Source: Spirochaetia bacterium
GTDB lineage: Bacteria > Spirochaetota > Spirochaetia > UBA9216
Reading direction: 5' to 3'
Assembly: GCA_963675665.1 (NCBI GenBank)
Contig: OY776510.1
Span: 1,312,001 to 1,376,000, forward strand
DNA: 64,000 nt
The notes below the pieces were generated by a model. That model was not told where the DNA came from and did not search any database. It saw only the letters and a program-made list of their open reading frames with translations. The position numbers and the translations under genes are program-made. Shown in pieces: positions 48,221 through 58,709 of this stretch; position 1 is the stretch's first letter; every line of letters starts with the position of its first letter.

Positions 48221-49081
48221 ATGAATAATATTGGTATTCATTACGGTTGTTTTGTTACTAATTGGCGTGATGAGCAATTCGGACTTATAAATAAAGTAAG
48301 CAAAATGGGTTTTAATACGCTGGAGATAGGCTATGATTATCTCCTTGATAAAGATGCTGTTGAACTGAAATCTGTCAGAGAGGAAGCTGAAAGATTAAAT
48401 GTCGAGCTTGTGATGAGTCTCGGCATGGCCCCCGAACACGATATTTCCTCTTCCGACAGCGAAATAAGAAAGGCCGGGATTAAAGCCCTTCAGCGCATGG
48501 CCGAAACAATGGCGACCTGCGGAATTACGGACTGCTGCGGGGTTGTATACTGCCAGTGGAATAAAACCGCGGGAAGTATGAAAGAAAGGAACGAATCGTG
48601 GAAGTTCAGCATTGCATCGATGAAGGAAGCAATTAAAGCCTTTGAAGATAACGGTGTTTTCCTGGATCTGGAACCGACAAACCGGTTTGAAAACTCATTA
48701 ATTAACAGCTGTGATCAGGCCCTTGAGTATCTTCAGGAAGCGGGTTCGGCCAATATAGGTATTCATCTGGATACCTTTCATATGAATATAGAAGAAGATT
48801 CTTTTGTCGCCCCGATTGTGAAAGCGGGAGACAGGCTGAGGTATTTTCATATCGGAGAAAACAACAGAAAGATACCCGGCACAGGTTCTTTGCCCTGGAA
48901 GACCATTTTTGATGCACTCAAAGCGGTATCGTACTCAGGCCCCATAGTAATGGAACCCTTTATCAGGCCTGTCGGAGAAATTGGACCTTCAGTCAGTCTG
49001 TACCGGAATGTTGCAGACCTGTCGAATTATGATGAAGATCTTGTAGTCTCGCTCGGTTTTGTAAGATCAATGCTCAGATAG
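48221..49081 (+). CDS. D-psicose/D-tagatose 3-epimerase family protein
   Basis: EPTNRFE, HLDTFHMNIEE, HIGENNR..PGTG.LPW and VMEPF motifs. Confidence 0.88.
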   Translation: MNNIGIHYGCFVTNWRDEQFGLINKVSKMGFNTLEIGYDYLLDKDAVELKSVREEAERLNVELVMSLGMAPEHDISSSDSEIRKAGIKALQRMAETMATCGITDCCGVVYCQWNKTAGSMKERNESWKFSIASMKEAIKAFEDNGVFLDLEPTNRFENSLINSCDQALEYLQEAGSANIGIHLDTFHMNIEEDSFVAPIVKAGDRLRYFHIGENNRKIPGTGSLPWKTIFDALKAVSYSGPIVMEPFIRPVGEIGPSVSLYRNVADLSNYDEDLVVSLGFVRSMLR

Positions 49082-49095
49082 ACAGGAGGAGAATT

Positions 49096-50130
49096 ATGTA
49101 TTCCGCAGCAGTTATCAAACCCGGAGTTGTCGAAATAGTTGAACTGCCGAAACCGGAAGTTGGGCCTTATGATGCAATTGTAAAGACGGAAGCGGCATTT
49201 ATATGCAATGCCACCGACCGAAAGGTGATAGACGGACATTTTCCCGGCCTGGGGCTGGAAAATTATCCGCTTCTGCTCGGACATGAATCGGTCGGTATAG
49301 TAACGGAAACAGGGGAGAAGGTTGCAACGTTCAGGCCCGGAGACCGTGCAATCGGCGGCCTTCTGCTTAATCCGCCCGGGGGGAAGTACGGATCGGGATG
49401 GGGCGGGCACTCGGAGTATATTCTTATGCGGGACCATAATGCGATGGTGGCGGACGGAGTAGCGGACGCCGAACACGGCTGGGACGACAGTCTTCAGATA
49501 ATGAAGACTGTCCCGAAGGTTCTTTCTCTGGAGGCTGCTGCCCTGCTATGCACCTGGCGTGAAGTATATGCCGGTATGTTTACTGATTTCAGTCTGAAAG
49601 AAAATGATAATATTGTGGTTTTCGGCGCAGGCCCTGTCGGCCTCTCGTTTGTTAAATTTGCCAAACTGAAAGGGCTCGGAAAGGTTGTCAGTATCGATCC
49701 GCTTGAGACCAAACGTAAAAAAGCGCTTTTAATGGGAGCGGATGAAGTGTACGCGCCGGATGATCCGGCAGTTGCGAAACTGAACGGACTTGATGCGGTT
49801 ATTGACGCAGTAGGGCATCAGAACATTATTAATGCGGCCGTTCCCATGGTCCGGATGGGCGGCAGCATATGCGTTTACGGAGTTGTCGGAAGCCCGACGA
49901 TAACGCTGAACAAGGATGCCGGTCCTTATAACTTTAACCTTCTTATTCATCAGTGGCCGACAAGGCATGCTGAAGCGGCAGCGCATGAACCTCTTATTGA
50001 GTGGGTCAAAGCCGGGCATCTGCGGGCGGAAGATTTTGTTACCGGGGTTTTTCCGGTTGACAATATTGCGGATGCGGTTGAAGCTGTAAAAAAACCGGAT
50101 TCAATCAAGACGATGCTGAAATTCAGGTAA
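49096..50130 (+). CDS. Zn-binding MDR dehydrogenase lacking the structural-zinc loop
   Basis: CNATD, GHE and GAGPVG motifs; no 4-Cys cluster. Confidence 0.85.
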   Translation: MYSAAVIKPGVVEIVELPKPEVGPYDAIVKTEAAFICNATDRKVIDGHFPGLGLENYPLLLGHESVGIVTETGEKVATFRPGDRAIGGLLLNPPGGKYGSGWGGHSEYILMRDHNAMVADGVADAEHGWDDSLQIMKTVPKVLSLEAAALLCTWREVYAGMFTDFSLKENDNIVVFGAGPVGLSFVKFAKLKGLGKVVSIDPLETKRKKALLMGADEVYAPDDPAVAKLNGLDAVIDAVGHQNIINAAVPMVRMGGSICVYGVVGSPTITLNKDAGPYNFNLLIHQWPTRHAEAAAHEPLIEWVKAGHLRAEDFVTGVFPVDNIADAVEAVKKPDSIKTMLKFR

Positions 50131-50159
50131 CAGCCTTACTGATTGCAGGAGGAAGCAGG

Positions 50160-51653
50160 ATGAAATATTTACTGGCACATGATTTGGGAACAAGCGGGAA
50201 CAAGGCTACTTTGTTTACAGATGAAGGGGAACTGGTAAAAAGCGTAACCGAATCTTATGATACCGTATACAGGAACGGAAACTGGGCGGAACAGAACCCT
50301 GAAGACTGGTGGAATGCAGTCTGCCGCTCTTCTCTGAAACTGCTAGACGGAGTTGATAAATCGAAGCTTGCATGCGTAGCTTTCAGCGGCCAGATGATGG
50401 GTTGTTTATGTGTTGATAAAAACGGTGTTCCTCTGCGCCCGCACATCCTGTACTGTGATCAACGCGCTGAAACAGAAACCGATAAACTTGTGAAAGCTCT
50501 TGGCGCGGACCGGATTTACAGTATCACCGGGCACAGACCGAGCGCTTCATACGCGATAGAAAAACTGATGTGGGTTAAAAATAACGAGCCTGAAATTTAT
50601 GCTGAAACGGCAAAAATGCTTAATGCAAAAGATTATATGAATTTCAGGCTTACCGGACGAATGGTTACTGATTATAACGACGCCTCCGGAGCCAATGCCT
50701 TTGATTTAAAAACGCTGAGCTGGTCCGACAAGATTATAGATGCAGCAGGGGTTGACAGAAAGATGTTTCCTGAAGCTGTTCCTTCAATTGAAATTATCGG
50801 GAGAATAACGGCTGAAGCTTCAGCTGCAACCGGAATTCCCGAAGGTGTGCCGGTTGCAGCAGGCGCGGGAGACGGCGGGTGCGCCACTGTGGGCGCCGGT
50901 TCGGTATCGCCGGGAAAAACCTACTGCTATCTGGGATCGTCCTCATGGATATCAACAACCAGTAAAGCACCGATGCCGGATAAAGAGATGAAAAATTTCA
51001 CCTGGGCTCATCCGGTGCCGGGGTTGTACCAGCCCTGCGGAACAATGCAGACTGCAGGCAGTTCATATGCCTGGCTGAGGGAACATCTTGCCGACGGTAA
51101 ACCCTATGATGAAATTAATGAACTTATTGCAGGGTCGCCTGCGGGTGCGAACGGGGTGGTCTTCCTGCCGTATATGCTGGGCGAACGTAGCCCGCGCTGG
51201 AATCCCGATGCAAGGGGAGCGTTTATCGGGCTCAACCTGGAAACCTGTCGGGCTGATATGTACAGGGCTGTTCTTGAAGGGGTGTCGATGAATCTCGACA
51301 TAATACTGAAGCTGATGCAGTCCGGCACTGATATCAGGGATATACTACTGATAGGAGGTGGAGCAAAAGGCGCCCTGTGGCGACAGATACTTGCCGATAT
51401 TTTCGGAATCCCCGTAAAGGTTCCGTATTATCTTGAGGAAGCAACCAGTATGGGCGCGGCCATTATCGGCGGGGTCGGCTGCGGCGTGTTCAGCGATTTT
51501 TCAGCTGTGGAAAAGTTTGTAAAAATAACCGGAAGCGCCGAACCTGTTGAGTCGAATCGGAAGATATATGAAAAGATTAAGCCGATCTTTGACGCATGCT
51601 ATACTTCGCTTGAATCAGGAGGGATATTCAGCAAGATAGCGGAAAATTTATAG
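50160..51653 (+). CDS. FGGY carbohydrate kinase (xylulokinase-like)
   Basis: HDLGTSGNK, SGQMMG, FLPYMLGERSP and GGGAK motifs. Confidence 0.9.
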   Translation: MKYLLAHDLGTSGNKATLFTDEGELVKSVTESYDTVYRNGNWAEQNPEDWWNAVCRSSLKLLDGVDKSKLACVAFSGQMMGCLCVDKNGVPLRPHILYCDQRAETETDKLVKALGADRIYSITGHRPSASYAIEKLMWVKNNEPEIYAETAKMLNAKDYMNFRLTGRMVTDYNDASGANAFDLKTLSWSDKIIDAAGVDRKMFPEAVPSIEIIGRITAEASAATGIPEGVPVAAGAGDGGCATVGAGSVSPGKTYCYLGSSSWISTTSKAPMPDKEMKNFTWAHPVPGLYQPCGTMQTAGSSYAWLREHLADGKPYDEINELIAGSPAGANGVVFLPYMLGERSPRWNPDARGAFIGLNLETCRADMYRAVLEGVSMNLDIILKLMQSGTDIRDILLIGGGAKGALWRQILADIFGIPVKVPYYLEEATSMGAAIIGGVGCGVFSDFSAVEKFVKITGSAEPVESNRKIYEKIKPIFDACYTSLESGGIFSKIAENL

Positions 51654-52970
51654 TTATTGAATATCAAGCAGTTTTTCTTCAAGCCCGTGTCTGAATTCTG
51701 CTACGCCTTCTTCGGTATTCTGATCCATGGCAATAATCTTGAAGATTTTTTGATCGATATATTCGTCTATAGAAGAATACCATTTAAAGTTGGGATCAAT
51801 ATAACTGTTTTGAATAATGGATTGCAGGAAAGGATAACCTATAGCTTTTACAGATCCTTCGTCTACAGTAGAATTTCTATATATTTCCTGAACGACATTT
51901 TTATTTGCAGGTAAATTGTTGGTTTGATGCCAAATTTCCTTTTGAAAGTTTTCATTACTCGAGAGGAACTTCAAAAAATTAAAAGCAGCTTTTTTATTTT
52001 TGGATCTGGAACTCATTCCAACCTGGACAGTGTATAGTTTGGAGGACCTGTTTCCACAAGGGCCGGACGGAACCGGGATGGCATCCCATTCAAAATTCGA
52101 ATATTTCAGAATCCTGTAAGGATATGAGCCGTATACTCTGTATTCTGAATAATTAAATACTTTAAAACCGACTCTTCCCTGGGTGAAGTCCTTTTCCGTA
52201 ACCTGGGTACCTTTATTGATATTGTGCATTTTCTTTAAAAAATCCAGGGTTTCCTTCAGTCTTTTATCGGAAAATCCGATTTCATGAGAATCGGGTTTGA
52301 AAAGATATTTGTCGTTTGAGTAAAGTGCCTGGTGCCAGTCATATCCGTAAACACCGAATTGATCCAGGTCGCCGTCTTTATCTGTGTCCCGGGTCAATTT
52401 TGTGCAGATTTCCAGAAATTGTTCCCAATCCCATGAATAACTGTCTATTTCAATATTGTTTTTTGCAAGGAGATCTTTATTTACGATTAAAAATGAAGGA
52501 ACGATTGAAATTGGAAGAGAGTATTGTCCTCCTCTAAACGAACCGGCGTCGAGTGCTCTTCTGTAATAGTTATTTTTATCAAAAGAGAGATCTTTTTCTA
52601 TATAAGGGTTTAAATTTTCCAGTAATCCGATTGATGCATAAGTGTTGAAGTCTTCTTCAACCATCAAAAATAAATCCGGTTCATTGCCTGTTAAAATCTG
52701 CTGGGCGAGTCTTTCTGAGTAATGACTGTATAAACTTCCGGTTTTATATTCTATCTCAATATTCGGGTGATCAGGCATAGTGGTGTACATCTCAGCTGCT
52801 GTGTCGTATATGGCATATGCAAACGCCTGCGGAACTCCCCAGTTGTTACCTGTGTATAGCGACATTCTGATTTTTACCGGTTGGGTTGCCTTCCAGTACC
52901 CGAAACTGATTCCCGATACTATTGCTGCCGAGATGAAAATAATTATTATCCTTTTTAGAACTCTATTCAT
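51654..52970 (-). CDS. Extracellular solute-binding protein linked to a two-component system
   Basis: N-terminal anchor, PDLF, YSLP, NKDL and WDWEQF family-1 SBP patterns; overlaps the response-regulator gene. Confidence 0.8.
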   Translation of the reverse strand: MNRVLKRIIIIFISAAIVSGISFGYWKATQPVKIRMSLYTGNNWGVPQAFAYAIYDTAAEMYTTMPDHPNIEIEYKTGSLYSHYSERLAQQILTGNEPDLFLMVEEDFNTYASIGLLENLNPYIEKDLSFDKNNYYRRALDAGSFRGGQYSLPISIVPSFLIVNKDLLAKNNIEIDSYSWDWEQFLEICTKLTRDTDKDGDLDQFGVYGYDWHQALYSNDKYLFKPDSHEIGFSDKRLKETLDFLKKMHNINKGTQVTEKDFTQGRVGFKVFNYSEYRVYGSYPYRILKYSNFEWDAIPVPSGPCGNRSSKLYTVQVGMSSRSKNKKAAFNFLKFLSSNENFQKEIWHQTNNLPANKNVVQEIYRNSTVDEGSVKAIGYPFLQSIIQNSYIDPNFKWYSSIDEYIDQKIFKIIAMDQNTEEGVAEFRHGLEEKLLDIQ

Positions 52971-53631
52971 CTATCTCTTTCAGCAGCAATCCCGACTGGA
53001 TTGCAAAAATTGCGATTTGTGTTCTGTCTCTAAGGTCCAGTTTTTTCAGAATCTGACTGATATAGTTTCTGATTGTACCCTCCGATAGATTTATCTCATT
53101 TATAATCTCTTTGTTTGAGTATCCTCTGCCTATCAACTGTATTATTTTCATTTCCACTGAAGATAATTCTTCGATGTCTTCTTCCGGCTGATTTGTAAAA
53201 AAAGATTTCGCCATTTTACAGAAAATTCTGAATACCTTTTGCGCCGTTTCCGGTTCAATTGAAGCGCCACCGTCATAGACGGTCTCAATACTGTTGCAAA
53301 GATCTTTCTTTGAAATTCCTTTAAGTAAAAATCCGTCGGCCCCGTTTTTTAACGAATTATAAATATACTCATCACTGTCAAAGGTTGTAAGCATAATAAT
53401 TTTTATTGAATTATTTCTGTCTTTTATTATTTTTACGCATTCGATTCCGTTCTGTTCCGGCATTCGTATATCCATCAGGATAACGTCGGGATTCAGGGAG
53501 TTGCTCATATTTATGGTTTCCCTTCCGTCTTTAGCCATACCGATAACCTCAAAACGTTCATCGGTTGACAGAAGAAGTTCCAGGCTGTCGCGTAATAACT
53601 CCTGATCGTCAGCTATCAGTACTTTTATCAT
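52963..53631 (-). CDS. NarL/LuxR-type response regulator
   Basis: IADDQ, MDIRMP, LTTFD and LSEGTIRNYISQILKKL.LRDRTQ motifs. Confidence 0.95.
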   Translation of the reverse strand: MIKVLIADDQELLRDSLELLLSTDERFEVIGMAKDGRETINMSNSLNPDVILMDIRMPEQNGIECVKIIKDRNNSIKIIMLTTFDSDEYIYNSLKNGADGFLLKGISKKDLCNSIETVYDGGASIEPETAQKVFRIFCKMAKSFFTNQPEEDIEELSSVEMKIIQLIGRGYSNKEIINEINLSEGTIRNYISQILKKLDLRDRTQIAIFAIQSGLLLKEIDE

Positions 53632-54955
53632 TAATTCTGTTTCTCCTTAATGGTATAATTGCTGTAGTACGGAAACCCTTATTTATTTTTGATTGATAGG
53701 TAATTTCACCTCCGAGAAGGTTTACCTGCTCCTTCATGTGCGACAAACCGAAACCGTCGTTTATCTTGCTGCACCCCGTTCCGTTGTCTATAACCATAAT
53801 CTTTAGATCGGGCAGTTGGTAATCAAGGCAAACAGTTATTCTGTCGGCGTTGCCGTGCCGTATTGAATTAGTGAGGCTTTCCTGTATAAGTCGATATACC
53901 GATAATTTTTCATCGTGCTCAAGTGATATAGGAGTACCTTCTATGGTGTATTCAACTTTCTGTCTTCCTATAAGGTTGATATTTTCAACAAGCTCTTTTA
54001 TTGATTCTATCAAGGTCGTGTCGTCTATAGCATCCTGTTTTAGCTGTTTAACAGATCGGCGAATATCTCTCAATCCTTTATCTGAGACTTTCTTAATCTT
54101 TTGTAACCGGGAATTTAATGAAGTTTGAGAGCTGTCTACCACTTCAAGACTTGCTTCAAGTCCGGTTGAAATACAGGTAAGGGAATGTCCCAGGATGTCA
54201 TGTATCTCATGAGCCAGTCTGTTGCGTTCCTTCAGTCTGCCTGCCTCTTCAAGTTTCCCGTTTGCTATTTCCAGTTTTTCAAGATTGTTCTTTAGCTTGT
54301 TATTAAGTTTTATAAATTCCTTGTTTTCCCTGATCTTGCTGTTAATAAGTAAATAAAAATGAAGAATTATCATTATCAAATTCAGTGAAGTTAAAATGCT
54401 TATTATACTGTAGAGGTATATTTTCATTGTCGGCTGGTGGTACTCCACATAGTCCTGAAAAGAAAGCATATTCATTCTGACGGTAAACAGATCATAATCA
54501 AAAATTATAAAACTGAACAAGGCAAGAATCATAATTATCAATTTTATCGGGAAGGATGAATTATGTAAAAAAAGTCCGGCTATCAGAAACAGGAAATAAC
54601 CGTTATAACTGAAATTCAGTGTATAAGAAATTAAAATCAAAAAGAAAAGATCCAGAATGTAAAAATATGGAACGCCTCTGGATTCTTCATCAAGAACGTT
54701 GAACCGGACGATATTTGAGAGTCCGATACAAAGAAACAGAATTATACTGTATGTCGGTACTTTCCAGGCTACATGAGGAAGGTATCTTGCTGCTTCAAGA
54801 AAACCTCTGGCTTTATCGTCATCGATAATTTTATATATCGTTAAACATATTGTAAAAGAGATGAATAAGACAATGATGAAGTTAATACCGTACAGCGCCC
54901 TGTAAACAAGTCGAACCCTTTTGTCCACCACACTATAGTAACATGATTTTTTCAT
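53609..54955 (-). CDS. Membrane sensor histidine kinase (HisKA_3)
   Basis: ERNRLAHEIHDILGHSLT, QESLTNSIRH, DNGTG and GFGL motifs. Confidence 0.93.
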   Translation of the reverse strand: MKKSCYYSVVDKRVRLVYRALYGINFIIVLFISFTICLTIYKIIDDDKARGFLEAARYLPHVAWKVPTYSIILFLCIGLSNIVRFNVLDEESRGVPYFYILDLFFLILISYTLNFSYNGYFLFLIAGLFLHNSSFPIKLIIMILALFSFIIFDYDLFTVRMNMLSFQDYVEYHQPTMKIYLYSIISILTSLNLIMIILHFYLLINSKIRENKEFIKLNNKLKNNLEKLEIANGKLEEAGRLKERNRLAHEIHDILGHSLTCISTGLEASLEVVDSSQTSLNSRLQKIKKVSDKGLRDIRRSVKQLKQDAIDDTTLIESIKELVENINLIGRQKVEYTIEGTPISLEHDEKLSVYRLIQESLTNSIRHGNADRITVCLDYQLPDLKIMVIDNGTGCSKINDGFGLSHMKEQVNLLGGEITYQSKINKGFRTTAIIPLRRNRINDKSTDS

Positions 54956-55112
54956 TTTATCTCTCTGATTTTTGTCAGAAGGAATATGACAATTGTAATA
55001 AAACTGGTGACATATTATTTATTGCAGGAAAACAGAAACCCCTTTATTCTAATATCAATGTTTGGGACTGGTACCGCTGAACAAAAACCATATTGAAAAT
55101 AGAGGATGAAAT

Positions 55113-56048
55113 ATGAAGAAAATTCTATTACTCGGACTTATTATCATTATAAGCGCCGGTGCAGTCTTTGCCGGAGGGCAATCTGAAGAGAGTGAGGGCT
55201 ATACTTTCGGTTATACTTGTATGACCATGAACAATCCGTTTTTCATTGCACTTGAAGGGGCGATTAGAGAGGCTGTTGAAGCCAATGGTGACAAGCTTAT
55301 TACGATGGATCCCGCAATGGATGTTGCAAAACAGATTAACCAGATTGACGACCTTATTGTACAGGGTATCGATGCTATTTTTCTTAATCCGGTAGATTGG
55401 GAAGGTGTTAGGCCGGCCCTGGTGGCGCTTGAGAAGGAGGGGATCCCGATCATTAATTTTGATACGGAAGTAAAGGACATGAACTTTGTAACAGCCTATG
55501 CCGGTTCCGATAACAAAAATGCCGGTTATGTTTGCGGGATGGATCTTGTAAAGCGCTATCCTGACGGAGGGAATATTGTTGTTCTTGATTCTCCGTTAAT
55601 GAATTCGATAAACGACAGAATCTCCGGTTTTATGTCCGCTATCGAAGGCAAGAATTTCACCGTAGTAGCACAGCAGGATGCAAAAGGCGATCTTCCTACA
55701 TCAATGAAGCTTATGGATGATATTCTCCAGGCACACTCCGATATCATCGCAATAATGGGTGGAAATGACCCCACAGCTCTGGGCGCTCTTGCTGCATGTA
55801 AGTCTGCAAACAGAACGGATATTCTGATCTACGGTGTTGACGGTTCTCCTGAAGCCAAGACGGAAATCGCATCAGGAAGTCAGTTTGTCGGATCGGGGGC
55901 GCAGTCTCCTATTTCAATAGGACTTGAATCGGTAAAGCTGGCATATAAAGTTCTTAATAATGAGCCTTACGAAGAGAGAATACCTGTAAAGACTTTTCTT
56001 ATTAACGAAGACAACGTAGGTGAATTCGGAACTGACGGTTGGCAGTAA
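55113..56048 (+). CDS. Sugar ABC transporter substrate-binding protein (RbsB-like)
   Basis: NNPFF, SDN..AG, ND..ALGA, GVDG and AQSP motifs. Confidence 0.92.
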   Translation: MKKILLLGLIIIISAGAVFAGGQSEESEGYTFGYTCMTMNNPFFIALEGAIREAVEANGDKLITMDPAMDVAKQINQIDDLIVQGIDAIFLNPVDWEGVRPALVALEKEGIPIINFDTEVKDMNFVTAYAGSDNKNAGYVCGMDLVKRYPDGGNIVVLDSPLMNSINDRISGFMSAIEGKNFTVVAQQDAKGDLPTSMKLMDDILQAHSDIIAIMGGNDPTALGALAACKSANRTDILIYGVDGSPEAKTEIASGSQFVGSGAQSPISIGLESVKLAYKVLNNEPYEERIPVKTFLINEDNVGEFGTDGWQ

Positions 56049-56072
56049 TCAGCTTTTAAAAATAATTATAGA

Positions 56073-56106
56073 GGAAAACTCTGCCTTGTACGGGGCAGAG
56101 TTTTCC
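56073..56106 (+). terminator. Intercistronic stem-loop after the SBP gene
   Basis: GGAAAACTCTGCC/GGCAGAGTTTTCC. Confidence 0.6.
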
Positions 56107-56128
56107 GGATTAAGTTAAGGAACTAAAA

Positions 56129-57646
56129 TTGAGTCGTCAACCTTTACTGGAAATGAAGAACATCCGGAAGCAATTTCCGGGAGTTTTAGCTTTGAATAAT
56201 GTCAGCATCGAAATCCGGGCCGGAGAAGTTCATGCTCTGCTTGGTGAAAACGGAGCCGGGAAATCAACTCTGATAAAAATCCTGGGCGGAATATATTCTC
56301 TTGACGAAGGTCAGATTCTGATTAATGGTGAAAATGTTCAGATTAAAAATGTTCATGACTCGCAGCTTCAGGGGATAAGCGTGATTCATCAGGAACTTGT
56401 TCTGGTTCCGAAAATGACTGTAGCAGAAAATATTTTTTTGGGAAGAGAACCTGTAAAGAAAGCTGTAGTCGATAAAAAAAACCTGAACAGGAAAGCTTCC
56501 GGACTTTTAAGTGATTTTGATCTTGATATTGACCCGGAGTCTCTTGTAGAGAGTCTGCCAATAGCTGAGCAGCAAATGGTTGAAATAACCAAGGCTTTGT
56601 CTTTTAATTCAAAAATCCTCGTGATGGATGAGCCCACATCCTCTTTATCGGACAAGGAGGTCGACTTCCTGTTTGAGATTATCAGGAAACTCAAAGCTAA
56701 CGGGGTTGGAATAATATATATCTCTCACAGAATGTCGGAGTTAAGAAAAATCAGCGACCGGGTTACTGTTCTCCGGGACGGTGAGTATATAGGTACCGTT
56801 GTAACGGTTGAGACAGATCATGATACTTTAATTTCAATGATGGTAGGCCGTCAGCTGACAAATTACTATACAAGGACTTTTTCGAAACTGAAGAAGAAGG
56901 TCCTTGAAGTTAAAAACCTTGGAGATGGACATTTTTTAAATAATATCAGTTTTGATTTGCATGAAGGAGAGATCCTCGGTTTCGCCGGTCTTGTTGGTGC
57001 GGGCAGAAGCGAAGTAATGAAATGTCTTTTCGGATTAGACCCTTTTACCGAAGGGGAAATACTGCTTGACGAAGAACAAGTCGATATTCATTCTCCTTCT
57101 GATGCAATGAATCTGGGGTTTGGTTTTGTTCCGGAAAGCAGGAAAAAAGAAGCATTGTTCCTGGTCCAGAATGTAAAATTCAACACGACAATAAAGGTGT
57201 TACATGAATTTATAAATGGAATATTTGTTAACAATTCAAGGGAAGATCAAATAACCTCGGAATATATCAGGAAAATGTCAATCAAAACTCCATCCGGGCT
57301 TCAGCTTGTCGGCAACCTTTCAGGGGGGAACCAGCAGAAAGTCGTAATTGGACGTTGGCTTGCTACAAAACCAAGAATCCTGATCCTGGATGAACCGACT
57401 CGTGGCGTAGATGTAGGAGCAAAGGCCGAGATTTACGCAATTATGAACAAGCTTGCCATGCAGGGGATCTCGATAATAATGATCTCATCCGAATTACCTG
57501 AAGTAATAAATATGAGTGATCGGGTTGTTGTAATGGCGCACGGCACAATAAAGGGGTGCCTGAAAAAAGATGAGGTCAATCAGGAAAGAATTATGCATCT
57601 TGCCACTCAGCATATAAATGAAACACAAGTAGAGGATAAGGAATGA
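56129..57646 (+). CDS. Sugar ABC transporter ATP-binding protein (RbsA/MglA-like)
   Basis: GENGAGKST, MDEPTSSL, LSGGNQQKV and DEPTRGVDVGAK motifs. Confidence 0.95.
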   Translation: MSRQPLLEMKNIRKQFPGVLALNNVSIEIRAGEVHALLGENGAGKSTLIKILGGIYSLDEGQILINGENVQIKNVHDSQLQGISVIHQELVLVPKMTVAENIFLGREPVKKAVVDKKNLNRKASGLLSDFDLDIDPESLVESLPIAEQQMVEITKALSFNSKILVMDEPTSSLSDKEVDFLFEIIRKLKANGVGIIYISHRMSELRKISDRVTVLRDGEYIGTVVTVETDHDTLISMMVGRQLTNYYTRTFSKLKKKVLEVKNLGDGHFLNNISFDLHEGEILGFAGLVGAGRSEVMKCLFGLDPFTEGEILLDEEQVDIHSPSDAMNLGFGFVPESRKKEALFLVQNVKFNTTIKVLHEFINGIFVNNSREDQITSEYIRKMSIKTPSGLQLVGNLSGGNQQKVVIGRWLATKPRILILDEPTRGVDVGAKAEIYAIMNKLAMQGISIIMISSELPEVINMSDRVVVMAHGTIKGCLKKDEVNQERIMHLATQHINETQVEDKE

Positions 57647-58641
57647 TGAAACAGAATCTTGAGGCAAAAACTGGAAAAAAGCGAAGCTTCTACTCAAATA
57701 ATTTTTTTATTCAGCTTATTAGGGAAAATATGGGAATTCTTATAGGGTTGGCTATCCTTTGTATAATCCTGACAATTCAGTCGCCTGTATTTCTCTCAAA
57801 AAACAATATACTGAATGTTCTCAGGCAGGTTGCAACCAATCTTTATATTGCCTGTGGAATGACAATGATAATAATACTCGGAGGAATTGATTTATCGGTA
57901 GGATCTGTAATTGCTTTGTCCGGAGTTGTAACAGGCGGCTTGATTGCTTTTGACGGCGCATCAATAATTGTTGCGGTTGTCCTTGGATTGATTGCCGGTC
58001 TTCTTGTGGGCGCATTCAACGGATTTGTTATTTCAACTACGACGATTCCGCCGTTTATTGTCACCCTGGCAACCATGAATATAGCCAGAGGCGCAGCGTA
58101 TGTATATACGGGCGGGCAGCCTATCAGGGTTATGTCGGACAGTTTCAATTTTATCGGTGCCGGTTATGTCGGGGAAGTTCCGATACCGATTATCTATCTT
58201 GTGGTTATTATACTTATATCTTTTTTTATTATGAGCAAGTCCAAATTGGGCAGGCATATATATGCAGTCGGAGGAAACCTGCAGGCCGCAATCTTCTCGG
58301 GTATAAAGACAAAACGGGTAGTATTTTTCGCCTATTTTTTCTCGGGACTTATGGCATCGATAGCAGGTATTGTGTTGGCTTCAAGAATGTTTTCAGGCCA
58401 GCCTACCGCCGGCCAGGGAGCAGAAATGGATGCGATTGCCGCTGTAGTACTCGGCGGAACCAGCATGAGCGGCGGTTCGGGAAAGATCGGCGGAACTGTT
58501 ATAGGTGCGCTTGTTATAGGGATTCTTAGCAACGGGCTGAACTTAATGGGAATAAATTCATTCTGGCAATATATAGTAAAAGGCGTTGTTATTTTAATTG
58601 CCGTCTATGTTGATTATTTTAAAAAGAGAACAAGCGGTTAA
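57643..58641 (+). CDS. Sugar ABC transporter permease (RbsC-like)
   Basis: GGIDLSVGS, PPFIVTLAT and DAIAAVVLGGTS..GG.G motifs. Confidence 0.95.
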   Translation: MMKQNLEAKTGKKRSFYSNNFFIQLIRENMGILIGLAILCIILTIQSPVFLSKNNILNVLRQVATNLYIACGMTMIIILGGIDLSVGSVIALSGVVTGGLIAFDGASIIVAVVLGLIAGLLVGAFNGFVISTTTIPPFIVTLATMNIARGAAYVYTGGQPIRVMSDSFNFIGAGYVGEVPIPIIYLVVIILISFFIMSKSKLGRHIYAVGGNLQAAIFSGIKTKRVVFFAYFFSGLMASIAGIVLASRMFSGQPTAGQGAEMDAIAAVVLGGTSMSGGSGKIGGTVIGALVIGILSNGLNLMGINSFWQYIVKGVVILIAVYVDYFKKRTSG

Positions 58642-58709
58642 GCATTGAGGGCTGGTGAAAGAATTACACTTCGTTTGAATCAGGAGGAATGTTTGAAGGA
58701 TTCGAGTTT

